A stretch of 64,000 bases of DNA from Mobula hypostoma (taxonomy: Eukaryota). Both the position numbers and the translations under genes were made by a program. This document shows, piece by piece, positions 51,358 through 64,000 of this stretch (its first letter is position 1; the number at the start of each line of letters is the position of its first letter). Location: contig NC_086109.1 of assembly GCF_963921235.1 (NCBI RefSeq), positions 16,184,001-16,248,000 of the forward strand, written 5' to 3'. A model generated the notes under the pieces. It was given only the letters and a program-made list of their open reading frames with translations, was not told the DNA's origin and made no database searches.

Positions 51358-52170
51358 AGAAGCGTGATTAAGATTCCAAATATAAAATCAGCATCTTGCA
51401 CCCTTCATAGCAAATCCTTCCAAAAATTAAACACAAGCCAAGTAGAGCCAAGATTCAAATAGCTGCTTAAAGGACAGGAGAATTCCATCATGTCAGCTTT
51501 AGTGATACTGTTCAGAGGGGGTGCAGGAGAGGGGTCTTGAGTGGGAATTCTTCATCTGTGGCCTAAACATCTGTAAACCTATGTGGGGACAATTATACTT
51601 TTGAGATGACTCAGAGGTCAGAAATGGAGAAGCATAGGGTACTCAGGGAGGTGTGCAGGAGTGAGTCAGTGGCTGTGCTAGAAAAATAGGATGAACTTTT
51701 TAAAATCAAAGTGTCCTTAACTGGGCAAATAATTAGATTTGATAAGATGAAACACACAATAAATCCAAACCTAATTTACAACCTTGTTCCAGTTTCTTTG
51801 CCTCTACACTGCAGTGACAACAGCACATATTTGCTGGTGTAAGGAAATTGCTGTAATCTCTCACTTTCCAGCTAATAAATTGTTCATGTAGTTCCTTCAG
51901 TTTTGGGCAGGAGACCTGATACTTGAAGAAGCTTTAAATTGCCCACATTCATCTCATGTGCAGCTTGCAGTCAATAAAGGATACTTTCAACCCATCAGTC
52001 AAGGCAGTTGACTCTTCCTGCTATAATTTATGTCTTATCTACATGATTCTTCTAGTCCAGTGCTAATCAGTGTTAAATATTTTACTTTCAGTGCTCGAGG
52101 ATTCAAACTCACCAGCAAGTAAGTACATAGAACATAGAACAGCACAGTATGAACCCTTCGTCTCATGATG

Positions 52171-52690
52171 CCTTGCCTTGTCTTGCCTCGCACCCTTAAC
52201 TCCTGGTGGAGTCGTTGGGGCGCTGTCACGACAAGCTTTGCACCAGTCTGTTCCATCTGTCACGGTTGTGGGCCAGAGCCTGGGTCACCACAAATGTTTT
52301 CCCTGTCCATTCTTTAATGTTGTCCGTCCATCTTTTCCTCTGACTACCACTCCTTCTTTTCCCCTCCACAGCTCCTTGTAGAACGGTCTTTGCAAGGCCA
52401 CTGGATCTTGTTACATGGTCATACCATCTCAGCTTTCTTTTCTTCACCGTTGTGAGAAGGTCTTCACGGGGGCCAATGTGGTGCTGGATGGTCTTGAGGA
52501 CCTGCTCGTTTGTGACGTGGTCCAAGTATGAGATGCCCAAGATGTCGCGATAGCATCTCATTTCCAATGCCTGTATCTTCCTCTGTAGCTCTGCTGTGAG
52601 GGTCCATGTCTCACATGCGTACAGGAAGATGGAGAATACCAATGCACGCAGGAGTCTGATCTTGTACTTCATGGTGATGCTGCTGTCCCT
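52171..52690 (-). mobile_element. 5'-truncated RTE LINE
   Basis: LYACETWTL...EMRCYR.IL, KLRWYDHVTR and GAVEGKRRSG..KRWTD motifs; (caagg)n-like tail. Confidence 0.9.
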
Positions 52691-52824
52691 CTTGAGCTTA
52701 TCTTGAGCTTAAATAGTGCAGTCATTGTTGTATAAACATATAAACCTACACCACGATCAATCTAACCTTTTCCTCCCACACAACCCATAACCCTCCATTT
52801 TAATGGCGAGTGGTTATCTTAGTA

Positions 52825-53345
52825 GCTTTTCTTGCAATCGCAAAACGCTGTTGGACATTGGCGATGTGGAATGCTGCCAGGCCAATTCATTGGTTTATTA
52901 GCGATTAGTGGGGGTGAACGGTGGGGGAACTGTGTGACCTTGGTTGCAGCAAGGACTAGGCCTCAAGCCCCAGTGTCGCCTGTTTGCAGCCGTCCAGCAG
53001 GGAGGTGTCGGAGTCAGTGCACTTCACCAGAGGCATTGTGGTGCGGCATCCATGCTGAAGTCGGTGCTGCCCCCGGTGTTCGGTTGGCAGAAGACAAGCT
53101 GTATTGTATTTGACTGCAGACTGCTGCAACATCCATGGACTCAGGGACTTGGTCTATATTTTTTGTTTGACTGTATTTTACTGCTATCTTATATGTGCTT
53201 GCTATCTTGTGTGTGCTATATGTGCCTTGTGCTGTGTACGACTGTTAGTACTATGTTTTGCACCTTGGCCCCGAAGTAACAATGTTTTGTCTGGCTGTAT
53301 TCATGGGCATTCATGTATGTTGGAATGACAATTAAACCTGAACTT
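52825..53345 (+). mobile_element. Second copy of the Rex-tailed non-autonomous element
   Basis: Colinear with 14190-14690. Confidence 0.65.
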
Positions 53346-54169
53346 CTTTCATCCATCTGCATATGTAAGTGTCTCTTAAATGTCCCTATTATATCAGCCT
53401 CTACTACCACCCTGGCAGTGCATTCCAGGCACCTACCCCTCTCTCTGTAAAAACCATACCTTTGACTTACCCCCTAAACTTTCCTCCGCTCACCTTAAAA
53501 GGACATTGTCTGGTATTGGTCATTGCCACCCTAGGGAAAAGGTGCTGCCTGTCCATTCTATGACAGTCATTATCTTGTGTACTTCTTTCAACTTGCCTCT
53601 CATCCTTCTTTGCTGCAAAGAGAAAAGCCCTAGCTTTCTCGGTCTTGCCTTGTATCATCTGTTCCTGTCCTTTTCCATGGCTTTGCTAAAGGTCAGGATG
53701 TTGGACTCACTATCTCTGAAATACTCACACACAGTCTGTCCCATGACCAGGTTCATTGCTTAGTACTAGATCCAGTTTGGCTTCTCTTCTTGTCAGCCAG
53801 TTCACTAGCTGTGCCTGGACAAACCTAGCAAACAACATTTGCACTTAGGTGTTGCCAATCAATATTAGGGAAGTTGAAGTCATCCATTACAAAAAGCCCT
53901 GTTATGTTTTTTCACCTGTCCAAGATCTGCTGACTCACTTGCTTCTCAGTCTCCCTGTTGCTATTGGGAAAGAGAAAGATAGGGAGGGAAGAATGGAATA
54001 TAAAAAAAGACAAAGTAGTGCAAAATGTCAGCAGAGAATTTCCTTTGACACTTGCAAAGATCTGAGCAGTACACCGGCAACTTGCTTTCATCGTGGGGTT
54101 CATAATTGGAAGTTCAAAGGATCCCAAGTCCAAGATTTATTTATTTAACTATTTGGAGATATAGCACAA

Positions 54170-54462
54170 AATGGTTTGCTATTATCTTCTTCTGGGCAGT
54201 ATCTTTACTAGACAGGTGATCCCTGTCATTATCAACACTCTTTAGACATTGTCTGCCTGGGGTCAGTGGTCACAAAGCCAGGACTTGTGATGTGCACCAT
54301 CTACTCATACAACCATCCACAACCTGCTCCCATGGGTTCACATGACCCTGACCGGGGTGGCTAAGCAGGTGCTACACCTTGCTCAAGGGTGACCTGCAGG
54401 CTAGCAGAGGGAAGGGGTGCCTTACACCTCCTTTGGTAGGGAAGTATCTCCACCCCTCCACC
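54170..54462 (-). mobile_element. Copy of the short RTE/BovB-tailed element
   Basis: Reverse complement of the 40015 element. Confidence 0.75.
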
Positions 54463-56524
54463 TAACAACTTACTAACCCTTAATAATTTACACGACTTTC
54501 GAATGTGGGAGCAAACTGGAGCATCCAGAGGAAACCCACGTGGTTGTAAAGAAAACATACAAAGTCCTTACGGACAGCAGTGGGAAATGAACCCTGGATG
54601 GTAATCACTGGTGCTATAGAGCATTGTGCTAACCATTACTTTGCCATGGCCATTAGAGGTGGAGATAGATAAGAATTTGAAAGGTCGAGGATTTTGGGGC
54701 TCTGGGTAAATAGCACAGAAGAGAAATTGAAGCCAGCATAGATCTGCCATGAGCACATTGTATGCAGGGTAAGCTTGAGGGGGGTGTCTGTTCCTACTCT
54801 TATTCTCTTGCGTTCAGCATTTGACTGCCGTGATGCAGAGCAAGAATGAATGTTTAATTCTTAGAGTGCTAAATAAATCCACTATGCTAACTCTGCCAGG
54901 GAACAGACTGCAATGTATGATTACTCTGAACACCTTATCATGAACAACAGCAGAAATGAATCACTGTCTGGCAATGCCCACAGTGAGATGACCATGGTGT
55001 ACTGATGAAAGGTCAATTGACCTGAAATAGTTATTTTAGGAAGTTCCAACATTTCCTGTTTTTATTTCCGATTCTCACCGGGACGACTTCAAATTAATGT
55101 TTCTGTGATTCCATCCCCATCCCCACACCTTCACCTCTAACAACCAATTGTTGCTTTTTGAATCAGCAATTTTACAGATACAGATCTCACTCTTCAGAAG
55201 GTGCCAAGGAGATGTGTCTCAGTATCATCAATTTAGATACAACCATTAGAAAAACAAAAGGAGGAGCACTTAACAAATAAGAGTTAATGCCTTGGATGTG
55301 ACCTAAAACTTGTGAAATAAATAGGATTTTAAGGTACTTCTTAGGCAAGGAGAGATGATTGATAATAGGTTTATTATTGTCACAAGGTACAATGAAAATC
55401 CTTTCTTTCATGTGTCAATTCATCACATTCATACATCAAGGTAGAGCGAGGGAAAAGCAACAAGAGAATACAGAACAGAGTAAAACAGTTGCAGAGAAAG
55501 CGCATCACAAAGTACTTCGGGAGATTGCTCATGGCACACATCAACACCAGCTTTCCAAACAATGTCCACCCACTGCAATTTGCCTTCTGCTGAAACAACT
55601 CTCTGGCAGCTGGCTCTATACTAAACCGTGGAGCGTCTGGACAGTAAATACACTTACTTCAGACTATCGTTTATTGTCTACAGTTCTGCTTCAATATTAT
55701 TGATCCAAGCTAATTCATCACCAATCTCCTTACACTAGAGGTCAATGTCTCTCTTTGTAAAAAGATCCTTGACTACCTGGCCAACAGAGCGCAATCAATA
55801 AGGCTAGACAGCAACACCTCTACCATAATTATTCTAGACACTGATGCTCCACAATGTGGCATCCACAGCCCCCTATTCTATTACCTGTACACTCATGACT
55901 CTGTGGACAGATTCTGGTCCAACTCCATCTACAAGTTTGCAGATGATACCCCTGTAGTGGGCTGTATCTCAAATAACAATGAACTGGAGTACAGAATGGA
56001 GATAGAGAGTGTGACACCCTGGTAAAGGTTTTACTGCTAATTTTGGAGGGTATTTCATGTAATTGTCTTTCTGTAGAAGCAGTGTGCTCTGTTGGCAGTG
56101 TTTGGTTTACTGTTAATGATAAGGGATGCTTAGGAATGTGTGTCATCCAGTCAGGAGAGCGGAACCGAGAGAAGGTTCTGGGGAATGCGGGGGGAGTAGT
56201 TTTTGTGGTGAGCACTGAGGTGGGTCAAGGTCTTTTTCAGCAGGAGATGGAGAGAAAAGGGGCTTGAGAGAACTGGCTGTAGGACTCGATCCAATGAGAA
56301 CGTGCAAACTAATGGAGCCCAAGTGGGGAACTTTTACCACGAAGCGGTGAAAAGGAGTTGGTGCAGTGTGTACATCAGAAATAATGGCTTCTGGAAGACT
56401 TGAGCTCCACCATGTACATCAACTTCATGGACTCTGTACAGTTTACAGAGGAGGGGGTGTTTGTTATCCTGAGGCAAATTATGGTGAATAAGTCCCCGGG
56501 CAAGATGTTCCCTCTGACCCTACG

Positions 56525-57141
56525 TGCAATGCTCAGTCAGGTCCATGGGTCCGGCAAGTGAGACAGGAAATGCACCAACTTCAGCTAGGTATATTAATCA
56601 TTTATTTACAAACAGTAAAAATTCAACCAAGCATTCATGCTCCCCAAGTTGCAGACACTAAAAAGCTGAATACTCAACAGACATATGTATATTCAACAAT
56701 GTAGGTCGGCTGGTAGCGCAGTGAGATCAGCGCCGGGCTCGAGAACAGAGGTTCCTGAGTTCAATCCAGTGACAGAGCGCTCCCGAGCGCGCTCTCCATC
56801 CGTGCCGGGTTGATGTCGAGCTCGCAACTCGACCTCGTAAAAAAAACCTCCAGTTCAAATTCCCACGCAGAATATTGTGGAGGATCAAATACCCAAACCC
56901 CAAACCCCAAACAAAGATATTTAGTTAAAACTGCACGCAGAGCTTACCTTCCCAATGGTCATGTCTTAAACAAAGGAAGAAGAGGGCAAGCTCCTTCCAT
57001 GTGCTATTTTATACACTCAGGGTATTTGATACTGGACACTAGGCATCTATCCAATGGGAAAAGCAGCTGCACCTCCTAAACTAACCAGTCACAAAGGCAG
57101 TGGCTTTTGACAATCAGAATAAGGCACACCCTCACAGGACA
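56525..57141. mobile_element. Solo LTR inside the CR1
   Basis: TG...CA termini. 5-bp TSD ctacg/ctaca (CpG decay) at 56520-24 and 57142-46. CR1 resumes afterwards. Confidence 0.7.
56704..56910 (+). mobile_element. Young CpG-rich tRNA-headed SINE with RTE-like body
   Basis: A box tagcgcagtga, B box gagttcaatcc, RTE-5'UTR-like motif at 56807-56841 and (cccaaa)n tail. Confidence 0.7.
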
Positions 57142-59576
57142 CTACAGGAGGCAACTGTTGAATTGCAAGGTGGTGTCAGAGATGTTTAAATCATCTTTAG
57201 CAACAGGTAAGGCACAAGAGGAATGGAGGATAGGTAATGTTGTTCTGCTGTTTAAGGAAGGCTGTAAAAATAAACCATGAAGTAATAAGCCAGGGAGCCT
57301 GACATCAGTAGTGATAAATTTATTGGAAGGCATTCTAAGAAACCAGAAATATAGACATTTGGATACACAAGGACTGATTAGAGATAGTCAGCATGACTTT
57401 GTGCATGGTAGGTCGCATCTAACCAATCTTAATAGATTTTTACAAGGAAGTTACCAGGAATTTTGATGTAGGCAAGGCAGTTGATGTTATCTGCATGGAA
57501 CTTAGCAAGGCATTTGACAAGTTCCCGCGTGGGAGGTTGATTTAGGAGGCTCAGTCACTGGGCTTTCAAGATGAAGTGGTAAATTGCATTAGGTATTGGC
57601 TTTGTGGGAGAAGCCAGAGAGTGCTTGTAGATGGTTGCCTCTCTAACTGGAGGCCTGTGACCAGTGGTGTGCTATAGGGATCGGTGCTGGGTCAGTCATT
57701 GTTCATATATCGATGATCTGGATGATAATGTGGTTAACTGGATCAGCAAATTTACAGATGACACCAAGATTGGGGGTGTAGTGGATAGCAAGGAAGACTA
57801 TCAGAACTTGCAGCGGGATCTGGACCAGCAGGAAAACTGGACTGAAAAATGGCAGATGGAATTTAATGTAGACAAGTGCAAAGGTGTTGTACTTCAATAG
57901 AACCAACTGGGTAGTTCTTACACAGTGTATGGTAGGGCACTGAAGATTTTGGTAGAGCAAATGGATCTGAGAATAATTCATTGAAAGTCGCAGCACAGGT
58001 AGATAGGGTCGTAAAGAAAGTTTTTGGCAAATTGGCCTTCATAAATCAAAATATTGAGTACGGGAGATGGGATCTCATGTTAAAGTTGTATAAGACATTG
58101 GTAAGGCCTAATTTGGAGTATTATGTGCAGTTTTGGTCACCTACCTACAGGAAGGATGTACATAAGGTTGAAAGAGTACTAAGAAAATCTACAAGGATGT
58201 TGTCTGGACTGGAGGACCTGAATTATAAGGAAAGATTAAATAGATTTGGACTTTATTGCTTGGAATGTAGAAGGTTGAGGGGAGATTTGATAGGGTATAT
58301 AAAATTGAGGGATATAGATAGGGTAAATGAAGCAGGCTTTTTCCACTGAGGTTTGGTGAAACTACAACTAGAAGTCATGAGTTAAGGATGAAAGGTGAAA
58401 TATTTAAGGGGAACATGAGGGGAAACCTCTTCATTCAGAGGGTCATGAGAGAATGGAATGAGCTGCCAGCACACGTGGTACATGTGAGCTCGATTTCAAC
58501 ATCTAAGAGAAGTTTGGATAGGTATTTGAATGGTAGGAGCATGGAGGGTTATGGTTTGGCTGCAGATCAATGGGACTAGGTGGTTTAAATGGTTCAGAAT
58601 GCACTATATGAGCCAAATAGTCTGTAGCTGTGCTGTACTTTTCTATGACTCTATGACTCCAAAGAAGCTGGTCAGTGAATTCAGAAAATGGGGGCAGTGC
58701 ACATGCTCCTACCTACGCCAACGGTGTCAAGATTGGGAGGTTCAATGCTTTGGGTTCCTAGATGTGAACATCATCAATAGCCTGTCCTGGCACGACCACG
58801 TTTGTATCATGGCCAAGAAAGCTCACCAAGCCTCTACTTCCTCAAAAAGCTAAAGAAAATTTTAATGTCCCCGTCAAGCCTTTACAATTTTTACTGATGT
58901 ACCACAGAAAGAATTCTGTCTGGATCAATAGTGGCTTGGCATGGCACTGCTATCTCTGCGACTGCAAGATACCGCAGAGTTGTCGACACAGCTCTGCACA
59001 CCATAGGAGCCAGTCACCCCTCTGTGGACTCTCTCTATATTTCTCAATGTCTTGTTAAAGTAGCCAGCATAATCAAAGACCCCACCCCACCCCAGACATT
59101 CTCTTTTCTCCTCGCTCCCCTCTTTCTTGACCTCGCAATCTAACTTGTTTACCTGCAATGCACTTTTTCAGAAACCTGTACACTTTATTCTGCATTGTTA
59201 TTGCTTTACCTTATTCTACCTCGATGCACTGTATAATTATTAAATCTGTGTGCAAGAAAGTTTTTAACTGTATCTTGCTATATATGACAATAATAAGCTA
59301 ATATCAACACCAATGCAAGCAGAGAATAAGTTGCAAGACCATGTTGCAACAGATTATAAGGTGTTGTCCATTTTATCATACAAGAGTTCAATTCAATAAC
59401 TGTATAACAGTGTGATAGAAGCTGTCCTTGAGCCTGGTGGTATAGGCTTTCGGGCTTTTGAATCTTCTGCCCAATGGAGGTGGTGAGAGGAGAGAATTTC
59501 TGGAGTAGGAGGAGTCTATGATGATTATCTTGCTGTTTCACTGAGGCAGTGAGAAGGTAAGACAGAAAGGTACACA

Positions 59577-59952
59577 AAGTTATGAGGTGTATAGATAGGG
59601 TAAGTGCAAGCAGGCTTTTTCCACTGAGGTTGGGTGGGACTACAACCAGAGATCATGGGTTAAGGGTGAAAGGTGAAGAGTTTAAGGGGAACATGAGGGG
59701 AAACCTGCTCACTCGGTGGGCCATAAGTGTGTGGAATGAGCTGCCAGCACAATTGGTGCATGTGAGCTTGATTTCAACATTTAAAAGAAGTTTTGGATAG
59801 GTACATGGATGGTAGGGGTATGGAGGGCTGTGGTCCCAGTGCAGGTTGATGGGAATAGGCATCAATCTATCCAAATGGGAATAGGCAGCTTACATCATTT
59901 TGGCATGGACTAGATGGGCTGAAGGGCCTGCTTCTGTGCCGTATTTCTCTAT
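59577..59952 (+). mobile_element. CR1 3' end nested in a minus-strand Rex-like tail
   Basis: IDRV..LFP..DHGLRVKG..WNELP motifs. Confidence 0.85.
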
Positions 59953-60061
59953 AACTTTCATCCATGAAGGGGAGGCTAGTTTCTGTGATGTTCTGAGCTG
60001 TGTCCACAACTCTGCATATAGGAAAAAAAACAATGTTTAAGAAAGGAATACCAAACCTTAT

Positions 60062-60920
60062 GAGAATCAGAATCAGGTTGATTATCACTGACATGTTGCA
60101 AAATGTGTTATTTTGTGGAGATTAAGTATTATAAGTTACAAAATAAATAAGTAACTAACAACTACTGAGCTAGTGTTCATGGGTTCATGAACCGTTCAGA
60201 AATCTGATGCAGAGGGGAAGAAGCTGTGACTAAAATGTTGAAAGAGTGTCTTCAGGCTCCATTACTTCCACCACAATGGCAAAAACACGGAGAAGGCACG
60301 TCCCAGGGGGTGAGGGGTTTTAATGGTGTATGCTGCTTTTTGAGTCACTAACTCTTGAAGATTTCCACAATAGCAGGGAGAGTGGCAGGAATCCTCGGCA
60401 GCCTCTTACAGTGCTATGCATTGGACTCTTCCTACCTGGCTCTTAATAAAACCCATCAGAAACTTCTCCATGGTACATCTGTAGAAAATTGTAAGAGTTT
60501 TTGGTGACATAGCAAATCACAATGTAGAAACCACCGGCACATTTTTGTCATGTTTGCATCGATATGGTGGGGCCAGGATAGATCCTCTGAGATATTGACA
60601 TCCAAGAACTTGAAGCTGCTCACCCTTTCCACCATTGACCCTCCAGTAAGGAGCGATGTGGATTCCCCTGACTTCTTCATCCTGAAGTCCATGATCAATT
60701 CCTTGGGCTTCCTGACAGTAAGTGTGAGGTTGAATGGTGTGACGCCATTCAACCAGCCTATCCCTGTACGCCTCATTGTCGACATCTGACATTCTCTCAA
60801 CAACAGTGGCATTGTCGGTAAATTTGTAGATGGCATTTGAGCTGTGCCTTGCCACATAGTCATGAGTGTAGAGCAGAGTGGAACAGTGAGCTCAGCACAC
60901 ATTCCTGTGCTGTTCCTGTG
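60062..60920 (-). mobile_element. Degenerate Rex/Babar-like 3' fragment
   Basis: YKFTDN, KELIMDFR and VERVSSFKFL motifs; (gattct)n tail. Confidence 0.8.
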
Positions 60921-63900
60921 TTTATCGTGTGATGGACCTGATAACGTAGCCAATAATAGTGGAGAAATTAAATTCAAGGTTGACCAAGGGGTCTGAATTA
61001 TAGGTGTGTAAATATCTTAGATATAGAGAAGTGGTTACAGAGATGGAGAGGCATGAGGGATCTAGATATGAGGGGAGACTTTAAAATAGGCACGTTGCTA
61101 CACTAGGAGCCATTGTTAGCTTTGGGGAATGGGAGGGAATGATTTGTTGTAAGTTTGGAGTTGGGTGTCATAGCTTGAGGAGAACGCAGAGTGAGCGAGG
61201 TCAGGCCAGAGTGGACTGAAATAGTCACATCTAGAGAGAACAAAGCCTGGAAGAGCATTTCAGAAGTCAAGTAATCTGAAACATAGTTCCCTTCTTGACT
61301 TGCATTACAATCCTTACTAGTGCGAGGTTCTACCGATTTTGTGACTTGTCTTTAAAGTGAGTTCGTTAGAGGTCAGTAATTGCAATTACACCAACAATTA
61401 GCATGGTTGAAAATTCAATGACTATTCAGAACTCCTGAGGGACCTTGCAGTCAAGAGATCAATTCTCGATCACAAGCCAGGATCTTTGCCAACCTTCAAC
61501 GTAAAAAAAAAAATATTTTTATTGATTAACATAGGAAGTTCGAAATGATATTTAAACAGAATTCTAACAGCCCATTATTCTTCATTGTCATTACTGGGAA
61601 ATGCAGACTTAGAGCTCATAAAGTCAATTGTTTTCCAACCTGTTCCAAGTTAAGTTGAAGCAGAAAAGTTTTCCATGGTACTATCTTACTAGATTTACGT
61701 GTGATTTCTACATCTCCTGCCATACTGTGGTCAAAGCTGGATCCATTGTCAGCCCAGTTGTCAATTCTGCTATCTTCTGCTTTTGTACAAGCTCTGACAG
61801 CTTATGTCTTTAATAGTTAGGCTTTTGTTAACCACATCCCATGACTGAAAAATCTAACAAATTGTCTAAGAAGGAGAATAGAGGCTCAGTTATGTATAGT
61901 GTCCATTATTAATAAAAAAAATTCTATGGATAGCTCTTCATCTTCTTTCTCTTTGTGTTTTTTCCCTTCAGATTGAAGATGACTGGTTTCACTGTGGTTT
62001 TGAGTGTATGTGGCCACTGCTATAGATAAGGCAGGATATAAAACCATAAGACATTTATGTTTATTCATGTATCTATCTATTTGTTTATTCATTCATTCAC
62101 ATTTATTTATTTGTTCATTAATTAATTAATTAATTTGTTTGTTTGTTTATTTATTGGTTCATTCATTCATCCGTGCATTTAATTATTTATTTATCTATAG
62201 AGCGCAGAGTAAGCTCTCTGCCCGAGCAACACACAACAAACCCAATTAACCCTATTCTAATCTCAGGTCAATTTACAATGACCTATTAATGTACCTGGTA
62301 CGTCTTTGGACTGTGGGAGGAAACCTAGGTACCCAGGGAAAACCCACACATTCCACAGGGTGGACATTCAGAGACTCCTTACAGAATGACACCAGAATTG
62401 AACTCCGAACTCCGGAATACTCTGGACTGTAATAGCGTTGAGCGATCCTCTACACTATCTTAGCACCCATAGGAACAGAGTTAGACCATTTGGCCCATCG
62501 AGTCCACGATGCCATTTGATCACAGCTGATTTATTTTCCCTTTCAACCTTATTTTCCTGCCTTCTTCCTGCAACCTTTGGCGCACTTACTAATCAAGAAC
62601 CTATCAAGCTCCACTACAAATATTTATTTATTTATTTATATTCGGGGTGGAATAGGCCCTACCAGCCCTTCGAGCCACGCCACACAGCAATCCCCCACTC
62701 TAATCCCAGCCTAATCATAGGACAATATACAATGACCAATTAACTTACCAACTGGTACGTCTTTGGACTGTGGGAGGAAACTAGAGCACCTGGAGGAAAC
62801 CCACGCAGTCATGGGGAGAATGTACAAACTCCTTACAGGTAATGGTGAGAATTGAATCCAGGTTTCCTATACCGTAATGTATCATGCTAACCGCTATGCC
62901 ACCATGCCACCCAATAAGTTGGCCAATGTACCCAATGACTTGGCCTCCACAGGCTCAACACACTCTGGCTAAAGAAATTCCTCCTCATCTCTGTTCTAAA
63001 GGGATGTCATTGTATTCTGAGGCTGTGCCCGCTGGTCTTAAACACCCCACTCTTAGAAACATCTGGTCCATGTCTCCTCTATCCAGACCCTCCAATGTGC
63101 CTGATATGCCTGACCTAATAGACACTTTAAAAAGCATTGGAGGCCAGGAGCACCAAGTTCATGATCCAGCTAGTGATCTTGGATGACTGGCTTTGCCACT
63201 TCAAAGTCAACTTCATACCAAGAGCATAATGAATGGCAGTGCAAAGTAGTCTAGATGGCCTGCTGATCTAGTGAGATTAACTCTAACAGAATAGTAAACA
63301 TGTAAGGGTTTATTTCAGTAGATCAATAGCACTGCTCACTCCAAGCTGCACGAGTGTGCAGCCACGCCACACCTGAAACGTTACCAGACACCTAGCCTAT
63401 ATTGCCACGCAGCTGGAATTTTCTTTTATATAATGTTAATATTATTTTGAACTCTATGTTAATAAAATTGTGAGATACCCTGTAATTAATCACATGTTAA
63501 TGAATATAATCCATAAAATTTCTAAATAATAAATGTACCACAAACTTTACTTTAAAACATTTTAGAGCTTCAACTTATTCACATTGTCAATGTTTAAAGT
63601 TACAGCATTGTTACAAATTGTAATAATAAACGCAGAATGGAAGTCAATAGCTCATTAATTAATAAACCGCCGGTCTGCTGAATGTCAATGTCATCTAATC
63701 AATATTCATAGTATGTATATTTTATTACAAAATATGCAAAAAAAAACATATTTAAAGTGCCACACGGTTTTCAGGCCATGTAAAAATTTCCTGCTTAGAG
63801 CAACAGTTGGTCTGCACAGTTGTAAAAAAAAAATGGAGGGAGCATTGATCAACAGACCAACATTAGCTACTTATTTGTTGATTCTAAGTAATAACTCAAT

Positions 63901-64000
63901 TACACATGATGAGTTTCTGTACATTACCCAAGTCCAAGTATGACAGTTTTAATTGTTATTGTGATGTAATAGCAGACTCCCCTATATGGACTCTGTCTAC

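Larger units (their letters stand above)
56427..58656 (+). mobile_element. 5'-truncated CR1 LINE
   Basis: SKAFDK, KFTDDTKIGG and LVRPNLEYYVQFWSP motifs; (ctctatga)n tail. Confidence 0.9.
55512..59290 (+). mobile_element. Degenerate Rex/Babar-like LINE split by later insertions (pieces 55512-56009 and 58660-59290)
   Basis: YKFADD-like codons at about 55930. The downstream part resumes after the CR1 (MAKKAHQ, KVASIIKD). Confidence 0.6.

Noticed and set aside
55001..55035. Hammerhead-like ctgatga-a-aggtca-at-tgacct-gaaa
   Set aside because: Core and stem II are present, but stem III, the cleavage triplet and stem I do not pair. It is a decayed PLE tail.
56010..56426. LTR-like segment starting tgtgacac
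   Set aside because: It interrupts a Rex-like LINE, but no matching end or TSD was found, so it is left unclassified.
56704..56775. tRNA gene
   Set aside because: No full cloverleaf, and it continues into a SINE body, so it is a SINE head.
62050..62200. Regular repeat array (CRISPR-like)
   Set aside because: A degenerate TTTA/TTCA/TTTG microsatellite forming a SINE tail in eukaryotic DNA; no repeat-spacer structure.
1..64000. Short ORFs as host genes
   Set aside because: All ORFs with recognisable motifs are TE-derived. The rest are short, lie antisense to or inside repeats, and lack recognisable domains or convincing splice context.

Overview
This is repeat-dense eukaryotic DNA. The repeat complement (CR1, Rex/Babar-like and RTE LINEs, Neptune-type Penelope elements, V-SINEs) points to a vertebrate, most likely a shark or ray; the taxon is an inference. 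I found no host protein-coding exon. Every ORF with recognisable motifs derives from a decayed transposable element: a near-full-length minus-strand CR1 (31.1-39.4 kb), other CR1, Rex/Babar-like and RTE fragments, a Penelope-like RT/GIY-YIG element (33.1-35.2 kb) and a Tc1 transposon (20.3-21.8 kb). Non-coding repeats include Tc1- and hAT-type MITEs, solo LTRs with 5-bp TSDs, and SINEs. Many insertions are nested, with readable target-site duplications. The most interesting layer is RNA structure in the retroelements: (1) an intact minimal hammerhead ribozyme at the Penelope 3' end; (2) a twister-like motif heading a short non-coding RTE-tailed element; (3) a covarying pseudoknot shared by three different short elements; (4) further structured 5' heads that may be ribozyme-related; (5) short TSD-flanked fold-back Penelope-tail insertions. 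A few repeat-free AT-rich blocks look like conserved non-coding elements. Family names come from motif recognition, not database searches, and boundaries without a TSD are approximate.
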